Assembly: GCA_951406725.2 (NCBI GenBank)
Contig: OX597817.1
Span: forward strand, 114,762,001 to 114,826,000
Direction: 5' to 3'
Origin: Octopus vulgaris
Taxonomy: Eukaryota
DNA length: 64,000 bases
The notes under the pieces were generated by a model, which was not told where the DNA came from, ran no database searches, and saw only the letters and a list, made by a program, of their open reading frames with translations. The translations under genes and the position numbers were made by a program. This document shows, one piece after another, positions 41,991-55,509 of this stretch (its first letter is position 1; every line of letters starts with the position of its first letter).

Positions 41991-42131
41991 ATATATATAT
42001 ATATACAGTGTACTGTTCCATGATGGTAAAATTAACAAAAAAGAAATACTCCATCTCGTAAGAGATAAATATTATTTCATAAACACAATATATGTTTTTA
42101 TGTACTAGTATTAGTTTCATGTGCTGAGAGC

Positions 42132-42317
42132 ATGCCAGACAATATTTTTTAATGTGTCTGATGTCCTGGCACAATCTTCAGACACTGCCTACATGACATA
42201 ACAAACTAAAAGTGGGACAATAAGATGAGAGAAAAAAAAACAGTTTGTTATGCCATGTGGGCAGTACCTGAAGGTCATGCTAGGACACCAGAAATATTAA
42301 AAAATACTGTCTGGCAT
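42132..42317. repeat. Diverged inverted repeat hairpin (~75-bp arms)
   Basis: atgccagacaatatttttta..acataacaaact is mirrored by agtttgttatgc..aaaaatactgtctggcat. Confidence 0.9.
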
Positions 42318-42559
42318 AATACCACATAAAGACATATATTGTATTTATCAAATAATATATATATATATATATATATACTCACACACAAATAAATGTATAA
42401 GGATAATGTATGAGCATAGAGAATAACAAGCTTTAATAGTAGATCACTACATTTGTTTTTGTATCTAACTTTGGAATATACTCCTGAAGGATATCATATG
42501 GTAGCCAATTAACGACATTAGAGCTTATATAGACATTACAAGGTTTTTGCCAAATTATA

Positions 42560-42639
<80 letters not shown>

Positions 42640-43120
42640 GTGTGTGTATGTTTGTATGTATGTATATACTAACAATAAAAATATATACTTTGTAAGTATA
42701 TTGAAAATATTTTTGTGTGTAAATATTTTTAGTAGTGTACTCAATAAATATGAAAATAAATTGATGTTTGTAGCAATAATATAATAGATTTGAATATAAA
42801 TATGGCTAAGATATATAGACACTTGGAAACAAGTACAGCACTGAGTAGACATATAAAAATAATACATACATTTATGCATATATTTTCCTCCAGTCACAAA
42901 TTAATGTGTCTTACAGTCTCACATTTAAAATAAAAGTTCTATTGTTGTCATTAGAAGAAGAGAGAAAGAAAGAAATATAACTGATGTATTCTGATTATAT
43001 ACAGATCAGCAAATCCAAAATGAAATATCAGAAAGACACGAACGTAGCCAAAATGTCAATAAATCCTTTATGACTTTTGTATCTAAAAGACTATATAAAA
43101 ACACACACACATACATACAT

Positions 43121-43198
<78 letters not shown>

Positions 43199-43951
43199 GT
43201 ATGTATGTATTCATCTGTATATGTTAATGCACTGGACTCTTTCAGTCCAAGACTGCCATAAAATATATAAATGCATATCCAATATTGCATTGTGTTGACC
43301 TATTATGCATATATTAGTATCTCTAGGCTTTTGTGTGCTTCAATTATTTTAACACAAAGTCTGCAAACAGAGATAAGCAGAAGGAACACAATGGCACATA
43401 AGATGTACACATGAGTTTTTAACTTCCACATTCTCTCCACAAGGTAAATTATTCACATCTCAGATACTCGTAAATGTACATATACACACATGTAAATGTA
43501 TATATATATACACACGTGAGTATACATATATTTGCATACATATGTGCACATATGTATATATACACATACATGCAGAAATAAAGACATTATTTTTGTAAGA
43601 AATATATCTATACATAAAGACATACACACACGTTAATATGAATCATCATCATCATCATCATCATCGTCATCACTGTCATTATCTTCATCATCATTATTGT
43701 TATCCTCCTCCTCTTCTCAATGATCTCCTCTTCCTCCTCCTCATCATCACCATCATTCCATATCCATCTTCCATGCTGGTATGGGTTGCATTGTTATTTC
43801 ACATTACTCCAGAAAGAGCATAGAGTTTGTTTCCCAGTTTTTCTGCCATATATATATATATATAACGGGAAAGTTTTACGAAAATAAACAAAAGACGAAA
43901 GCCAACAAACAAATGTATTAGTATAGCACTCAGGAACAGAAATAGAAAAGG

Positions 43952-43989
43952 TCTTTTACGTTTCGAGCCTATGCTCTTCGACAGAAAGA
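43952..43989 (-). ncRNA. Minimal hammerhead-like motif (core variant)
   Basis: Minus strand: tcttt-CTGTCGAA-gagc atag gctc-GAAA-cg-TA-aaaga. A decayed sister copy is at 19024-19059 (+). Confidence 0.6.
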
Positions 43990-44666
43990 TACACAGAAAA
44001 AAACAAGGAGAGAAAAAATGCATGTAGGAGCTAACAATCTATCATGGCATACTGACTTCGGACAGTATATATATATATATATATATATATATTTCTCCCT
44101 AGATGGGATGCTAATCTGTCATCAGATTACTAATTGTTACCATCTGTGTGGACTGGGGCAACATGAAATGAAGTGTATTGCTCAGGAACACAAATCACTG
44201 CCCAGTCCCGGAATGGAAATCGCAATCTTACAACTATGAATCCAATACCCTAACGATTACACCATGCATCTACACTGTGAATTGCATAGTTTGAAAGAAT
44301 ACGGCAAATTGAAAGACTGTGTGATGCCTCAATGCTAGTCACTTCACATGGTGTACTGGGTGCTTTTTTACAGCTCCAGCACTAATGTGCTCACCATCTA
44401 ACTCAAAGGATGCGACTGATTTCTTCCTGTGGGGAAGATAAATGGTTACTTCACATTATATAAGAGTGGATGGGAGTGACTGAGAGATCCTAAACTTGCA
44501 GACTCATGGGTGCTGGTGCTACATAAAATCACCTGCGCCAGTACCATAAAAGCACCTGTGCTGTTGCCATGTGAAAGTGTTCATGCTGGTGCCACATAAA
44601 TGCTCCTGTGCTGGTGCTATGTTAAAAGTACACTCTGTAAAGTGGTTGGCATTAGGAAGTACATCC

Positions 44667-44899
44667 TATTTCTTTACTACCCACAAGGGGCTAAACACAG
44701 AGAGGACAAACAAGGACAGACAAACGGATTAAGTCGATTACATCGACACCCAATGCGTAACTGGTACTTAATTTATCGACCCCGAAAGGATGAAAGGCAA
44801 AGTCGACCTCGGCGGAATTTGAACTCAGAACATAACGGCAGATGAAATACAGCTGTGCATTTCGCCCGGCGTGCTAACGGTTCTGCCAGCTCGCCGCCT
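44667..44899 (-). mobile_element. tRNA-derived SINE family B, full length with 15-bp TSD
   Basis: The minus-strand head reads ggcggcgagctggcagaaccgttagcac...gagttcaaattcc. TSD ttaggaagtacatcc is at 44652-44666 and 44900-44914. Confidence 0.92.
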
Positions 44900-45296
44900 T
44901 TAGGAAGTACATCCATCCATAGAAACCATGCCACAACAGACAAATGGAGCCTGGGAAGCTCTTCTGCTGGCCAGCTCTAGTGTCTTGCCTTGTTAGACCT
45001 TCATCAGAGAAAGAATTCCCATTTTCTGTCATTTAGAGATTAATAACTCATAGTTATTTATACAAGCAATAATTGAACTAAACTAGTTTGCTTAATCTGC
45101 TCTCAGGGAGATAGAAACTTGTGCTATAAAACCTTTGTTTTCGTTTCCCACCAGAATTAACATTGATGGTTTGTTGAAAAGGTTTACTGTACAGTGCATT
45201 TCAACCGACCCAAACATGCTGTATAATGTTTTTTACATCCTTGTTAGTGCATGTACAGTTATGTAAATTAGACTGACTGGTGTCCAAGACTGTATA

Positions 45297-45805
45297 CCAT
45301 AAATCCTTGAGTATAATCTGCATTTTTTTCCCCAAATTTAAAGGTCAAAATCCCTAGTGCATACCATATACGAGGTTAAAAATGAAAAATATTTTCTAAG
45401 CAATGTCCGAGTCTGGCAATGTTTATTCAGACGCATTTTGTGATGTCGGGCGTGAAAATACCTTAAGCTAAGACTGAAAGCAATGAAGTCATAAGAGAAT
45501 CATCCATAACTTGCAGTAAGCAACATTTATTAAAATAAAAGTATTCAGAACACAGAATAACATGTAACTAAAACAATTTGCAAACATATTTACATTCCCA
45601 TATAACAGTTAAGAACATCCCCATTATTGCATTACACATGTGCAGAAGTGTTTGTTAGACTAGATGCTGCTGGTTTAATTATGCACAACTCAAGTTAGAG
45701 AAGGGGTGTGTATTATACACAAGGTTTAGGTTTTTCAAAGGTACAGCCCCCTAAAAGTCCCTTGTGTATTATACTCAAGGGCAGACTATACTCAAGGATT
45801 TATGG
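45297..45805. mobile_element. Non-autonomous pogo/Tc2-like MITE (~509 bp)
   Basis: Termini ccataaatccttgagtataatctgc and gcagactatactcaaggatttatgg are inverted. TA flanks both sides, and subterminal repeats gtattatac(a/t)caagg are present. Confidence 0.85.
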
Positions 45806-46330
45806 TACACTATAAATACCTTTGGCTACTAATCTCTCTGTGGACAGAAGATGGGTATTCTTTCTTTGATGAAGGTCGAAGAAGACAAGAAACTAGTATG
45901 ACCAATTGCTTTTTCATTTTTGTCCTAGGAAAGGTAAAAACAATCCTTTAGTATAACAACTACGTCTCCTTTGCACAAGGCCATTATTTTATGCTCATTA
46001 AAGCACTATATTTTACATTACAATTTCTCACTTTCACATCCACACATACCCACACCTGCACACTCATATACACCCACGTTCCTATGTAGATGTACATGTG
46101 TGTATACATATATGACCTGCAAGGGTCATAGAATCATGAAGGTGCACATCCCATTGAAATTTGAATTCATTTGAATGTTGTGGTTCATGAATTCACCTGA
46201 TGTAAATAATTTTCTAATGATGTAATGTTTCCATTAAACAATTAAAAATTCATTAGAAACAGCTGTAGTGAATTTCCACATTATCCATCTGTTGCTATTT
46301 ACTTATGTGTGCATATGTGTGTGTGTGAGA

Positions 46331-46388
<58 letters not shown>

Positions 46389-46784
46389 GTATATATAGAT
46401 ATATACAGAAAGAGAGAGAGGGAGTTTACTGTTCTGTTATATGTAGCTTCTTGGTTTTCAAAAAAGACTAACCATGTACACCAATGTTGAAATAATGCTT
46501 GGGGACACAAGGCACTTTATATAAATCTGTTGAATTATCATGTCTCCATAGTAGGTCTTATTTAAATACTGTGTACATTAAATGGTATCTCTCTCTCTCT
46601 CTTTGTGTATATATGTGTGTACACACAAACACACACACACATACACACACAGAGGTTTAGTGATATATCAGTTTAATCAGTCTATATAAATATAACCTCT
46701 ATAATTTGAAACCAGTTTCATAAATGCCAATGTATAAAACTCTCAGCCGTTGAGTCACTCTGTAACTTCTGCCATTTAAGCAAA

Positions 46785-46823
<39 letters not shown>

Positions 46824-46896
46824 TGTGTGTATGTGTGTGTGTGTAGTTCACTGAAACAGAATTTTTATTTTGCTACTTGAATTTCATGCTCCTGTG

Positions 46897-46936
46897 ATCT
46901 CTGAAGATCCCAGTGGTGTGAAACAAGTTGTGAGAT
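46897..46936 (+). ncRNA. Decayed hammerhead motif
   Basis: atct-CTGAAGA-tcccagtggtgt-GAAA-caagttg-TG-agat. The cleavage-site base is G, which is non-permissive. Confidence 0.5.
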
Positions 46937-47206
46937 AAAACCTCAATTCCAGTAACAATATTACTCTACAACATGTAGTATGCAGTGTGCAATTCTATGT
47001 CATTCATCTGACACAAACCAACATTACTATACACACACACACACACACGCGTGCACACACATACATTGTTTTAAAGCCATATACATTTATACATGTACTT
47101 CATAAATGCATATAGATACACATACACACATATATAAATCTATCCATCTATCTATCTGTCTATCTATCTATCTACCTATCTATCTATCTGTCTATCTATC
47201 TGTCTG

Positions 47207-47280
<74 letters not shown>

Positions 47281-47521
47281 CAGTGTCTATTGGTCTATCT
47301 ACTTGTCTGATTGTCTTCCTGCTTGCTTACCTACCTACCTACCTTAGCAATTTATCTATCTGTTGATCTATCTATCTGATGTATATATATATATATAATA
47401 ACAGATGACCACTTATTATACGCATATATTACAATTTTTCTGGATTTCCAGATTTTTCTATATGCTAAGCTAAATTGATGTTAATTAAATTAATATTCAA
47501 TTTGTCACCTTCATTATTTAA

Positions 47522-47569
<48 letters not shown>

Positions 47570-47759
47570 TTTAACAATTAAGGATAATCTCTTAATAAGG
47601 GATCTTAACAAGAAATTATCGGGTAGTTAGCGTGAAAACCTCATAAAAGAAAAGAATTCGAAAATAATTTTTTTCTTTTGAACAAATTAATTATATCTAT
47701 ATTGTATAGAGGGCATTATTACACAAGGTTGGTAGTTTATTTATGATGTGTTCAGAATC

Positions 47760-47817
47760 AGTTCTGCTGAGGATCATAAGACGTAAGTTGAATGTGAAAT
47801 CACGGTGATACAGAACT
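47760..47817 (+). ncRNA. Type I hammerhead ribozyme motif
   Basis: agttctg-CTGAGGA-t cat(..)atg t-GAAA-tcac g gtga-TA-cagaact: perfect 7-bp helix I, intact core and near-palindromic helix III. Confidence 0.75.
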
Positions 47818-47959
47818 AAATTCATTTTTTAAATGTCTTGCTTTGAAAAACTGCATTTAGGTATGATTAGTATAATTTTGATAGTAATGACTTTGTCCCT
47901 CTTAGTGTGAGGCATTTATGTGTAATAATGCCCTCTATACAATATATATATATATATAT

Positions 47960-48117
47960 ATATGCTGTAATTTAGAACAAACAGTAAAAGGTTGTCATTA
48001 TAGTACTTGGAGTTTTGATTGTCAGAGTAAAGAGCTATGATACATTCTCATAAATTAATGGCAACTCCGAGTACTATAATGACAATCTTTTATTGTTTGT
48101 TCTAAATTATAACATAT
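47960..48117. repeat. Inverted repeat hairpin (~54-bp arms) next to (TA)n
   Basis: taatttagaacaaacagtaaaaggttgtcattatagtact is mirrored by agtactataatgacaatcttttattgtttgttctaaatta. Confidence 0.9.
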
Positions 48118-48289
48118 ATAAATGATCCTCTATTTCTCTAATATCGAGGTCTCATTCTTTTGTTGTTACTTTTTATTAGTATTATTATTGTTATTATTAT
48201 TATCATTATTATTACAATATATATATGAAAGTGCATATGTATGGTTGTTTATCGACAGACACACATTACATGAATATATATATATATAT

Positions 48290-49100
48290 CATCATCACCA
48301 TCATCATCATCGTTTAACGTCCGCTTTCCATGCTAGCATGGGTTGGACGGTTCAACTGGGGTCTGGCGAGCCCGAAGGCTGCACCAGGCCAGTCAGATCT
48401 GGCAGTGTTTCTACAGCTGGATGCCCTTCCTAATGCCAACCACTCCGAGAGTGTAGTGGGTGATTTTATGTGCCACCGACACAGGTGCCAGACGAGGCTG
48501 GCGAACGGCCACACTCGGATGGTGTTTTTTATGTGCCACCGACACAGGTGCCAGACGAGGCTGGCAGACGGCCACGCACGGATGGTGTTTTTTATGTGCC
48601 ACCGACACAGGTGCCAGATGAGGCTGGCAGACGGCCACGCTTGGATGGTGTTTTTTATGTGCCACCGACATAGGTGCCAGACGAGGCTGGCAGACGGCCA
48701 TGCTCGGATGGTGTTTTTTATGTGCCACCGACACAGGTGCCAGACGAGGCTGGCGAACGGCCACAATCAGGTGGTGTTTGTTACGTGCCCACAGCACGGA
48801 GGCCAGTCGATGCGGTACTGGCTATGGCCACGTTCGGATGGTTTTCTTATGTGCCACCGCCACTGGTACCACAAAGATACAAATTCCATTGATGTTCATC
48901 TATTTTGATTTGGTTTGATTTGATTTGATTTTCACTTGCCTCAACAGGTCTTCACAAGTGTCACAAGAAGGAAGGTATGCACAGGTGGAGTGACTACGTC
49001 CCATGTAGGGGCCACGGGTTATGGCTTCACTAGTCTTGCCAGGTCTTCTCACGCACAGCATACTTCCATAGGTCTCGGTCTCTAGTCATTTCCATGGTGA

Positions 49101-49103
<3 letters not shown>
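48290..49103 (-). mobile_element. RTE-clade LINE 3' end, young copy
   Basis: The minus strand starts with LTMEMTRDRDLWKYAVREKTWQD* and ends ccatgctagcatggaaagcggacgttaaacga(tga)n. Related 3' ends occur near 13705-14130, 25490-25900, 32650-32900 and 44500-44980. Confidence 0.85.
48465..48790. repeat. 63-bp tandem array (5 units plus diverged further units) in the RTE 3' UTR
   Basis: The unit atgtgccaccgacacaggtgccagacgaggctggc..cggccac..tcggatggtgtttttt starts at 48468, 48531, 48594, 48657 and 48720. Confidence 0.95.
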
Positions 49104-49160
<57 letters not shown>

Positions 49161-49799
49161 TATAATATATATACCTATGATATAACTGTATCATTATGAA
49201 TATACATATATGTGTATAAATTCATGTGAGTAAATGTGTGTGTATATGTGTTAGTGTGTCTGCTTACATATTTACATTTCTGTGTATGTACGCTCTAAAA
49301 TACGTTTACAAACTTCTTGGTGAGTTGTACAATGTCCAAACATGTTTATTTTGTATCTCTTTTGCTTTTTGTTTTTTGCTATTTTTGTTATTGTTGTAGT
49401 GGCGATGCTGCTGCTGCTGATGATGATGTTAGTTGTGGTATAGTGTGTGCATGCACATGTGTAGGGGTCTGTGTGTATGCATGTGTGTGTTTAAATGCGT
49501 TTTGTATGTATCAAATAAGATTGGAATGCTGCCTTTGGTTTCTGCTCAGCATCCATGTACATTCCTTGTCTCTCTGTCCATATATTTTTCTTTCTTTCTT
49601 TCTGTCTTTCTTTCTTTCTTTCTTTCTTTCTTTTTGGTTTTCATTTTCCTTTGGCTGAGCATTTCTATGTTTGTGTATGCATGTGCATGTAATTAACGGT
49701 GTGAGAGCCAACTTCAAATATTATATTAAAAACAGGTTTTTATCATTCAATAACTAACAGCGTTCACCAGTCTTTCTAGCACTCTTTCTCACTTGCCTG

Positions 49800-49831
<32 letters not shown>

Positions 49832-50026
49832 ATATGTGCTTGTGCACACACATGCACACACTCACATACACACACATAATGATTTACAAAAAAGACAAAA
49901 AGTAAAAGAAATCATTTATACACATGAATATGCATCTGCACATGTATATGTATCTGTATATATCATTATCATCATATAGACATTCATACATACATATATA
50001 CATACATACATATACTTTTGTTATTG

Positions 50027-50076
<50 letters not shown>

Positions 50077-50405
50077 GTATGTATGTATTTAGACACATAC
50101 ACACATACAAATGCAGAGAGGGTGAAAGAAAGAGGGATTGTGAGAAATATGCAGTTGTGTGCTGTTGAAATATATATATATATGCACACAAATACAGTAT
50201 CAAATACATAGCTTCTGTAATACTATCTTTGTATTCTTGCATTCATGCATGTGCAGAAACCCTTAGAAAAATATAAGCATGTGAATACATGAGTACTTTA
50301 GGTGATATTGAAAACCTGACAATATTTCTGCTTATCAAGAATAAAGTTTTGTATTCCCCAGATTCCTGAAGCCATTCTTGATGGAATGGCTTCAATGCTT
50401 AAAGG

Positions 50406-50450
<45 letters not shown>

Positions 50451-51074
50451 ACATATAAAAGCATCACATGCATGGGCATACATGCAGTCATAGAGAAATA
50501 CTTGTGCACACAAACACATTTACACATGTATCTGCTTGATTTGTTCTTGACTCAGCGGAAAGGCTAAATGTATTTTTCTCCTGGGCAATACCTACGTGCA
50601 TTTCACAGTTTGTCATGTCATTTTACCCTCTGGATCAACTACTCCCATTTACTCTGTGAGAAACTGCTAGTTTTCGGTGTATATCCTGCCTACATTGCTG
50701 GAATTAATCATCACCATTTTTTTTCCTTTGGTAACATTGCTTCATCCAAATGGCTGGAAACTGAGAAATGCTCTCCTTTGCAGTTCATGATCCCTCTCTG
50801 CACACATACACATACAAGCATGCATACATGCATATGTGCACACACATTTACACATACACACACCCATGGTCTCTTATACATTTTGTTTATTAATACTACT
50901 CTCCATTAGTCTCCACCACTGCTGTTTGATAAAACAATAATCCAACAAGTGAGATTCTAGCTGATTGTTCAGCCTGTTAGTCAATACCCCTTCCAACAAC
51001 AATCTCTTTAAAAACAAGGATACACGGCTTAGTGTTGTCATAGATTAAATAATATGCCTACTTAAATTGTTTTT

Positions 51075-51381
51075 ATTTATGCGTCCTTTTCAAGCCTAAC
51101 CAGGCTCATGGGCCCGATTTCCTAGTTTCTGTGGCATGTGTTCCCTCCTCAGCTGGACAGGACACCAGTCCATCGCAACGTTACTCAAGAAACAGGAAGA
51201 AAGAGGGAGAGAAAGTTGGGGTGAAAGAGTACAACAGGGGTAACACCCCGCCCCTACTGGAGCCTTGCGAGCTTTAGGTGTTTTCGCTCAATAAACACAC
51301 ATAACGCCCAGTCAGGGAATCAAAACTGCGATCCTCCGACCGCCAGTTCGCTGCCCTAACCACTGGGCCATTGTGCTTCCA
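51075..51381 (-). mobile_element. SINE family C
   Basis: Reverse-complement match to 36227-36530. Confidence 0.85.
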
Positions 51382-52147
51382 CATACCTACTTCAAAAGAA
51401 TATTTAATTCCTTAGTTTTGATACCTGCAAGAAAATGAATGGGCCTTTGAGTGTGTGTGTGTGTGTGTGTGTGTATTTGTAGACATGTATCACTTAGCAG
51501 CTCACTGCACTTCTTGTTGCACAGCACTGACTTTGCAGTTACTGTATAATTAGCAAGGGCATAAGGCAAACCTATAGAGGCTAAAATATTCTAAAATTAT
51601 ATCTTCGAAACAATAAAACTTGCCCATAAATTCGTAATTTATTACCTTACAAGTGAAATAATTAAATCACATGCATCTAATTTTCTATTTTGCATCATGT
51701 TGCTCTCGTGGCACGATGACTAAATCTAGTTAGAAACTTCTTTAGTAGCAAATTAGTTTAAAAATTCATCCAGCTGCGTGTACAACCTTCTCTACCGCAC
51801 CCCATTCTGATTCTTACATATGCATGCAGTAATGCATACACTCAAGTAAACAAGCAAATAAACATAAACACTCTCGAATATGCATTTGGACGCTAATTCT
51901 TGTTGCTTTCTGTTTCTCTTTTCTTTAGAATGTGTGTGTGTGTGTATATATATATATACATGCACACACACATACACATATATTGTTATATTTTGGGATG
52001 GTCATTAAAAATTTCTTTTTCTTATATATGTATGTGTATGTATTATAAGTGTGTGGTGTGTGTGTTTGTATATAGATATGTATATATGTATGTATATTAT
52101 ATACGTGCATGTGTGCATGTATGTGTATATATACATACATATATATA

Positions 52148-52211
<64 letters not shown>

Positions 52212-53349
52212 GCATACACATACACACATGCATGTACATATATATACATACACATGTCTGTGTGTCCATATGTGTATGCACTACGCACATATGCCCATAT
52301 AATGTATGTGTGTGTATATATATATATATATGTCTATGTGTGTTTGTATAGGTAGGTAAGGAGTGAGGTATGTATGTATGTATAAGCACATATATTAGGA
52401 GCTTTTTTCAGTTGACATCTTCCAATTCCACTCACAAAGGCTTTGGTCAGCCCAGGGCTGTAGTAAAACGAAAAAAAAACACTTGCCCAATTGATATAAA
52501 ACCTGGGTGACATAGACAAAACATTATTTCATACTCATATGACCATGCAATTTATATCATCCTCATTGTTGTTGATTCCTTCGCTTCGTCCTTCTTATCA
52601 TCTGTATAGTAGCATCCATTTTACAAACGCTAACGATTGGCATAATACATTAACATTGTTTCAGTTTGTTGTTCTGAGATCTTATCTGGTTTCTTTCTTG
52701 TTTTTACTTTACAAAGGACATATTCTATTACCGGGATATAGTACCTTTTCATCCACTGTTCATTGTTTATTTCCTTCACATGTTCATGTTAACTCAGTAA
52801 TTTCTACTTTAAATGTCAGCTGATAATTTTCATACCTGTCCTCTTTGTTGTCTCTTTTGTGCACCATTTTCCATGCAATATTTGACATCTGACATACACA
52901 TGAATTATTTCTCTACAGGAACTCTGAATTTTTTTCACATATCTCACTTCCCTGCCACATTACTCTTTTCTCTATACCTTGTACTTTTTGCCCTTTGCAT
53001 GGTGCAATAATCCCTTTCTAACTTACAAATCTAACATCTCTTTGAATCCCTTCAACTTTTTTCTTAGACTAAAATATTAGTCCATTTCCAGTACTAACTG
53101 TTGTTGTTGTTGTTGTTTAAGCTGAGGTTAGTCCTAATGGAGTATCTCAATGATTGAAAGTCAACCTAGTTTATAAACATTGCATCTTCTTTTCATGCAC
53201 AGTGTAACTTCAACTACATTATTTAATGTGACCTTTTTTAAAGTGACAAGATGTGATTTGCAAGAGATTTTGTTGCTATGTTTAGGAAGTTAAGTGGCCA
53301 TGTAGAATCTTACTGAGTGACTTGTTCACTACTAAAAATATTTATTATC

Positions 53350-53850
53350 ATTAATGTGTTGTCACCCACAGTTCCAGAAATCTTAACATCTTACACAGAG
53401 CCAAATGATACATTTGCACAATTGTACATCAGTCATCAAATCCATCGAAAACTTCTAAAGAGCCATGAATTATTAACAATCACTGACAACTGTCATATCC
53501 TGAAAGATTTCACAAAGGTGAAATTCACATCAGAAGAAGAAATAATACAGGTAACAAAATGTGAAAACTTCTGTGGGATATGTGATTTGATTGTACAGGA
53601 AAAAAATCAGAAACTTCAAGGATGGGAAAGAATTTAAGGTTAATGCAAATATTACTTGCAAAATGAAAAGATCAGGATACATAAACAACAAATCAAGGAT
53701 CTACCTGTTAGGAATGCTCTATATTGTGAACACCTAGACATTTCTGTCAATGAGGAATTCAATTTTTTTTTTTTCAAAATGAAAATGAACAAAAACAAAA
53801 GGCAAAAGAAGAACAGTTTATAAAGATTTTCAGTTTGAAAATAAGCCAGA
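53350..53850 (+). pseudogene. Penelope-like element relic (Cys linker plus GIY-YIG endonuclease remnant)
   Basis: LKDFTKVKF..VTKCENFCGICDLI..FKVNANITCK..RIHKQQIKD..YCEHLDI..KEEQFIKIF follows the PLE pattern KC..CxxC..F.C..R..H..H..E..FI. The GIY/YIG core appears deleted. Confidence 0.6.
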
Positions 53851-54145
53851 AAAAGTGACTATACTGCTGAACACAGTTACTGCTATGCAGATTAGCACAT
53901 GTGTTTGAAAATCAGACAAAAACAAGAATGCTTTCACAAAGACTCTCTTGCATCATGCATGTGTTAATCAGTATTTTTTAAAGCAATTTTAAATATGATT
54001 TATGATGATTAGTTTAAAAAATTTACATTCTCTAATACACATAAATACAAATATATATATAAATACATAGGTGTGTGTAAACACACACGTATATGTAGTA
54101 CATGTATCTCTGTCTTTCCAAAAATTACCCAAAGTAATCAAGAGT

Positions 54146-54190
<45 letters not shown>

Positions 54191-54459
54191 AAAGATATTG
54201 CTACAAGGAAAAATGGGGGCAACTATTTATTGTCTCTGACTTAAATGCCAAATATGTGTCGTGAGGTTTAATTAAGGATGGAAATTTTAAAACAAGGCAT
54301 TAAAGTGTGTGCAGTCATATTGCTATTATTGATTTTACATCAATAGTGGCTGCTGATCCTGCCTTGAAAGTTAGAGGGATGGTTCATTAATCTTCTTCAA
54401 AGATCAAGAAATCCCATTATGCATGATGAAGATTTTATGTAAAGGTCAAAACCTTAACA

Positions 54460-54526
<67 letters not shown>

Positions 54527-55509
54527 CTATATATGTGTGTATGTGTATATATGTCTCTCTCTCTGTATATATAAATATCTGGGTGTGTTGCATGTATGCA
54601 TGTCTATACATATGATTTGTGTATATATGTATATGTATGAGTATGTATGTGTGTGCATATATATATATTTATCATGAGAGAGAGAGAGAAAGAGACACAC
54701 GCACAAAGAGACAGATGGAATAGTGCAGGTGTGGCTGTGTGGTTGTATAGTTAAGTAGCTTGTTGTTTAACTGTTTGGTTTGGGGTTCAGTCTCACTGTA
54801 TGGTACCTTGGGCAAATGTCTTCTTCTCCAGCTTTTGGCCAACTAAATCCAATGGAATTGATTTGGTAGGTTGAAATGAAAGAATCCCATCATGTGTGCA
54901 TATACATATATACATACACAGATGTGTGTGTGTGTGAAAAACTTCACAAATTCTTAATCAGAGTTTCATGAGACCATTTATCAGACAGTTGTGATAAAAC
55001 AGAATAATGAAATATTATAAATTGTGAGTATATAAAATCTAATATTTTGTAGACACCAACTCAATGAATAGGCATTTAAATCTGATTGAGTCAATAATTT
55101 GAAAACCAACACTGCTTTATTGGTTGCAAGTAAAACTATTTATTCCATATGTTTACAGCTGTTTCATAATGCGTATTCAGTAACATCATCAATGCTATAG
55201 AAGCCTAAAAACTTATAGGAATATAAGAAGATGTACACATATTGTTGTAAGGTAACATCATGGGCAGAATTGTTCTTCAGAACATTTTATGGGCATTAAC
55301 TCTATTGAACAAACCTGGGTCGATACAATTTTTACTATTGACAAACTAGAAATTCTTCTCATAACTGTGTACTGCTTTGGATTTCAGAAACGCCCATTGC
55401 TTGAGAACATATCACAATGGCTTAAAAAGCAGTAATTAAATTGTCAGAATATATATATATATAAGAAGTTCATTTTTTTTCAGCTTGTATTTCTGTGAGT
55501 AACAATGCA

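Noticed and set aside
48314-48918. 192-aa and 150-aa Cys/His-rich repetitive ORFs; possible CRISPR-like array
   Set aside because: They arise from a 63-bp (multiple of 3) tandem repeat in a LINE 3' UTR. There are no unique spacers or cas genes, and the context is eukaryotic.
55150-55195. gaaacagctgta motif on the minus strand
   Set aside because: The 3' half of a hammerhead core is present, but CTGANGA and helix I are not convincing.
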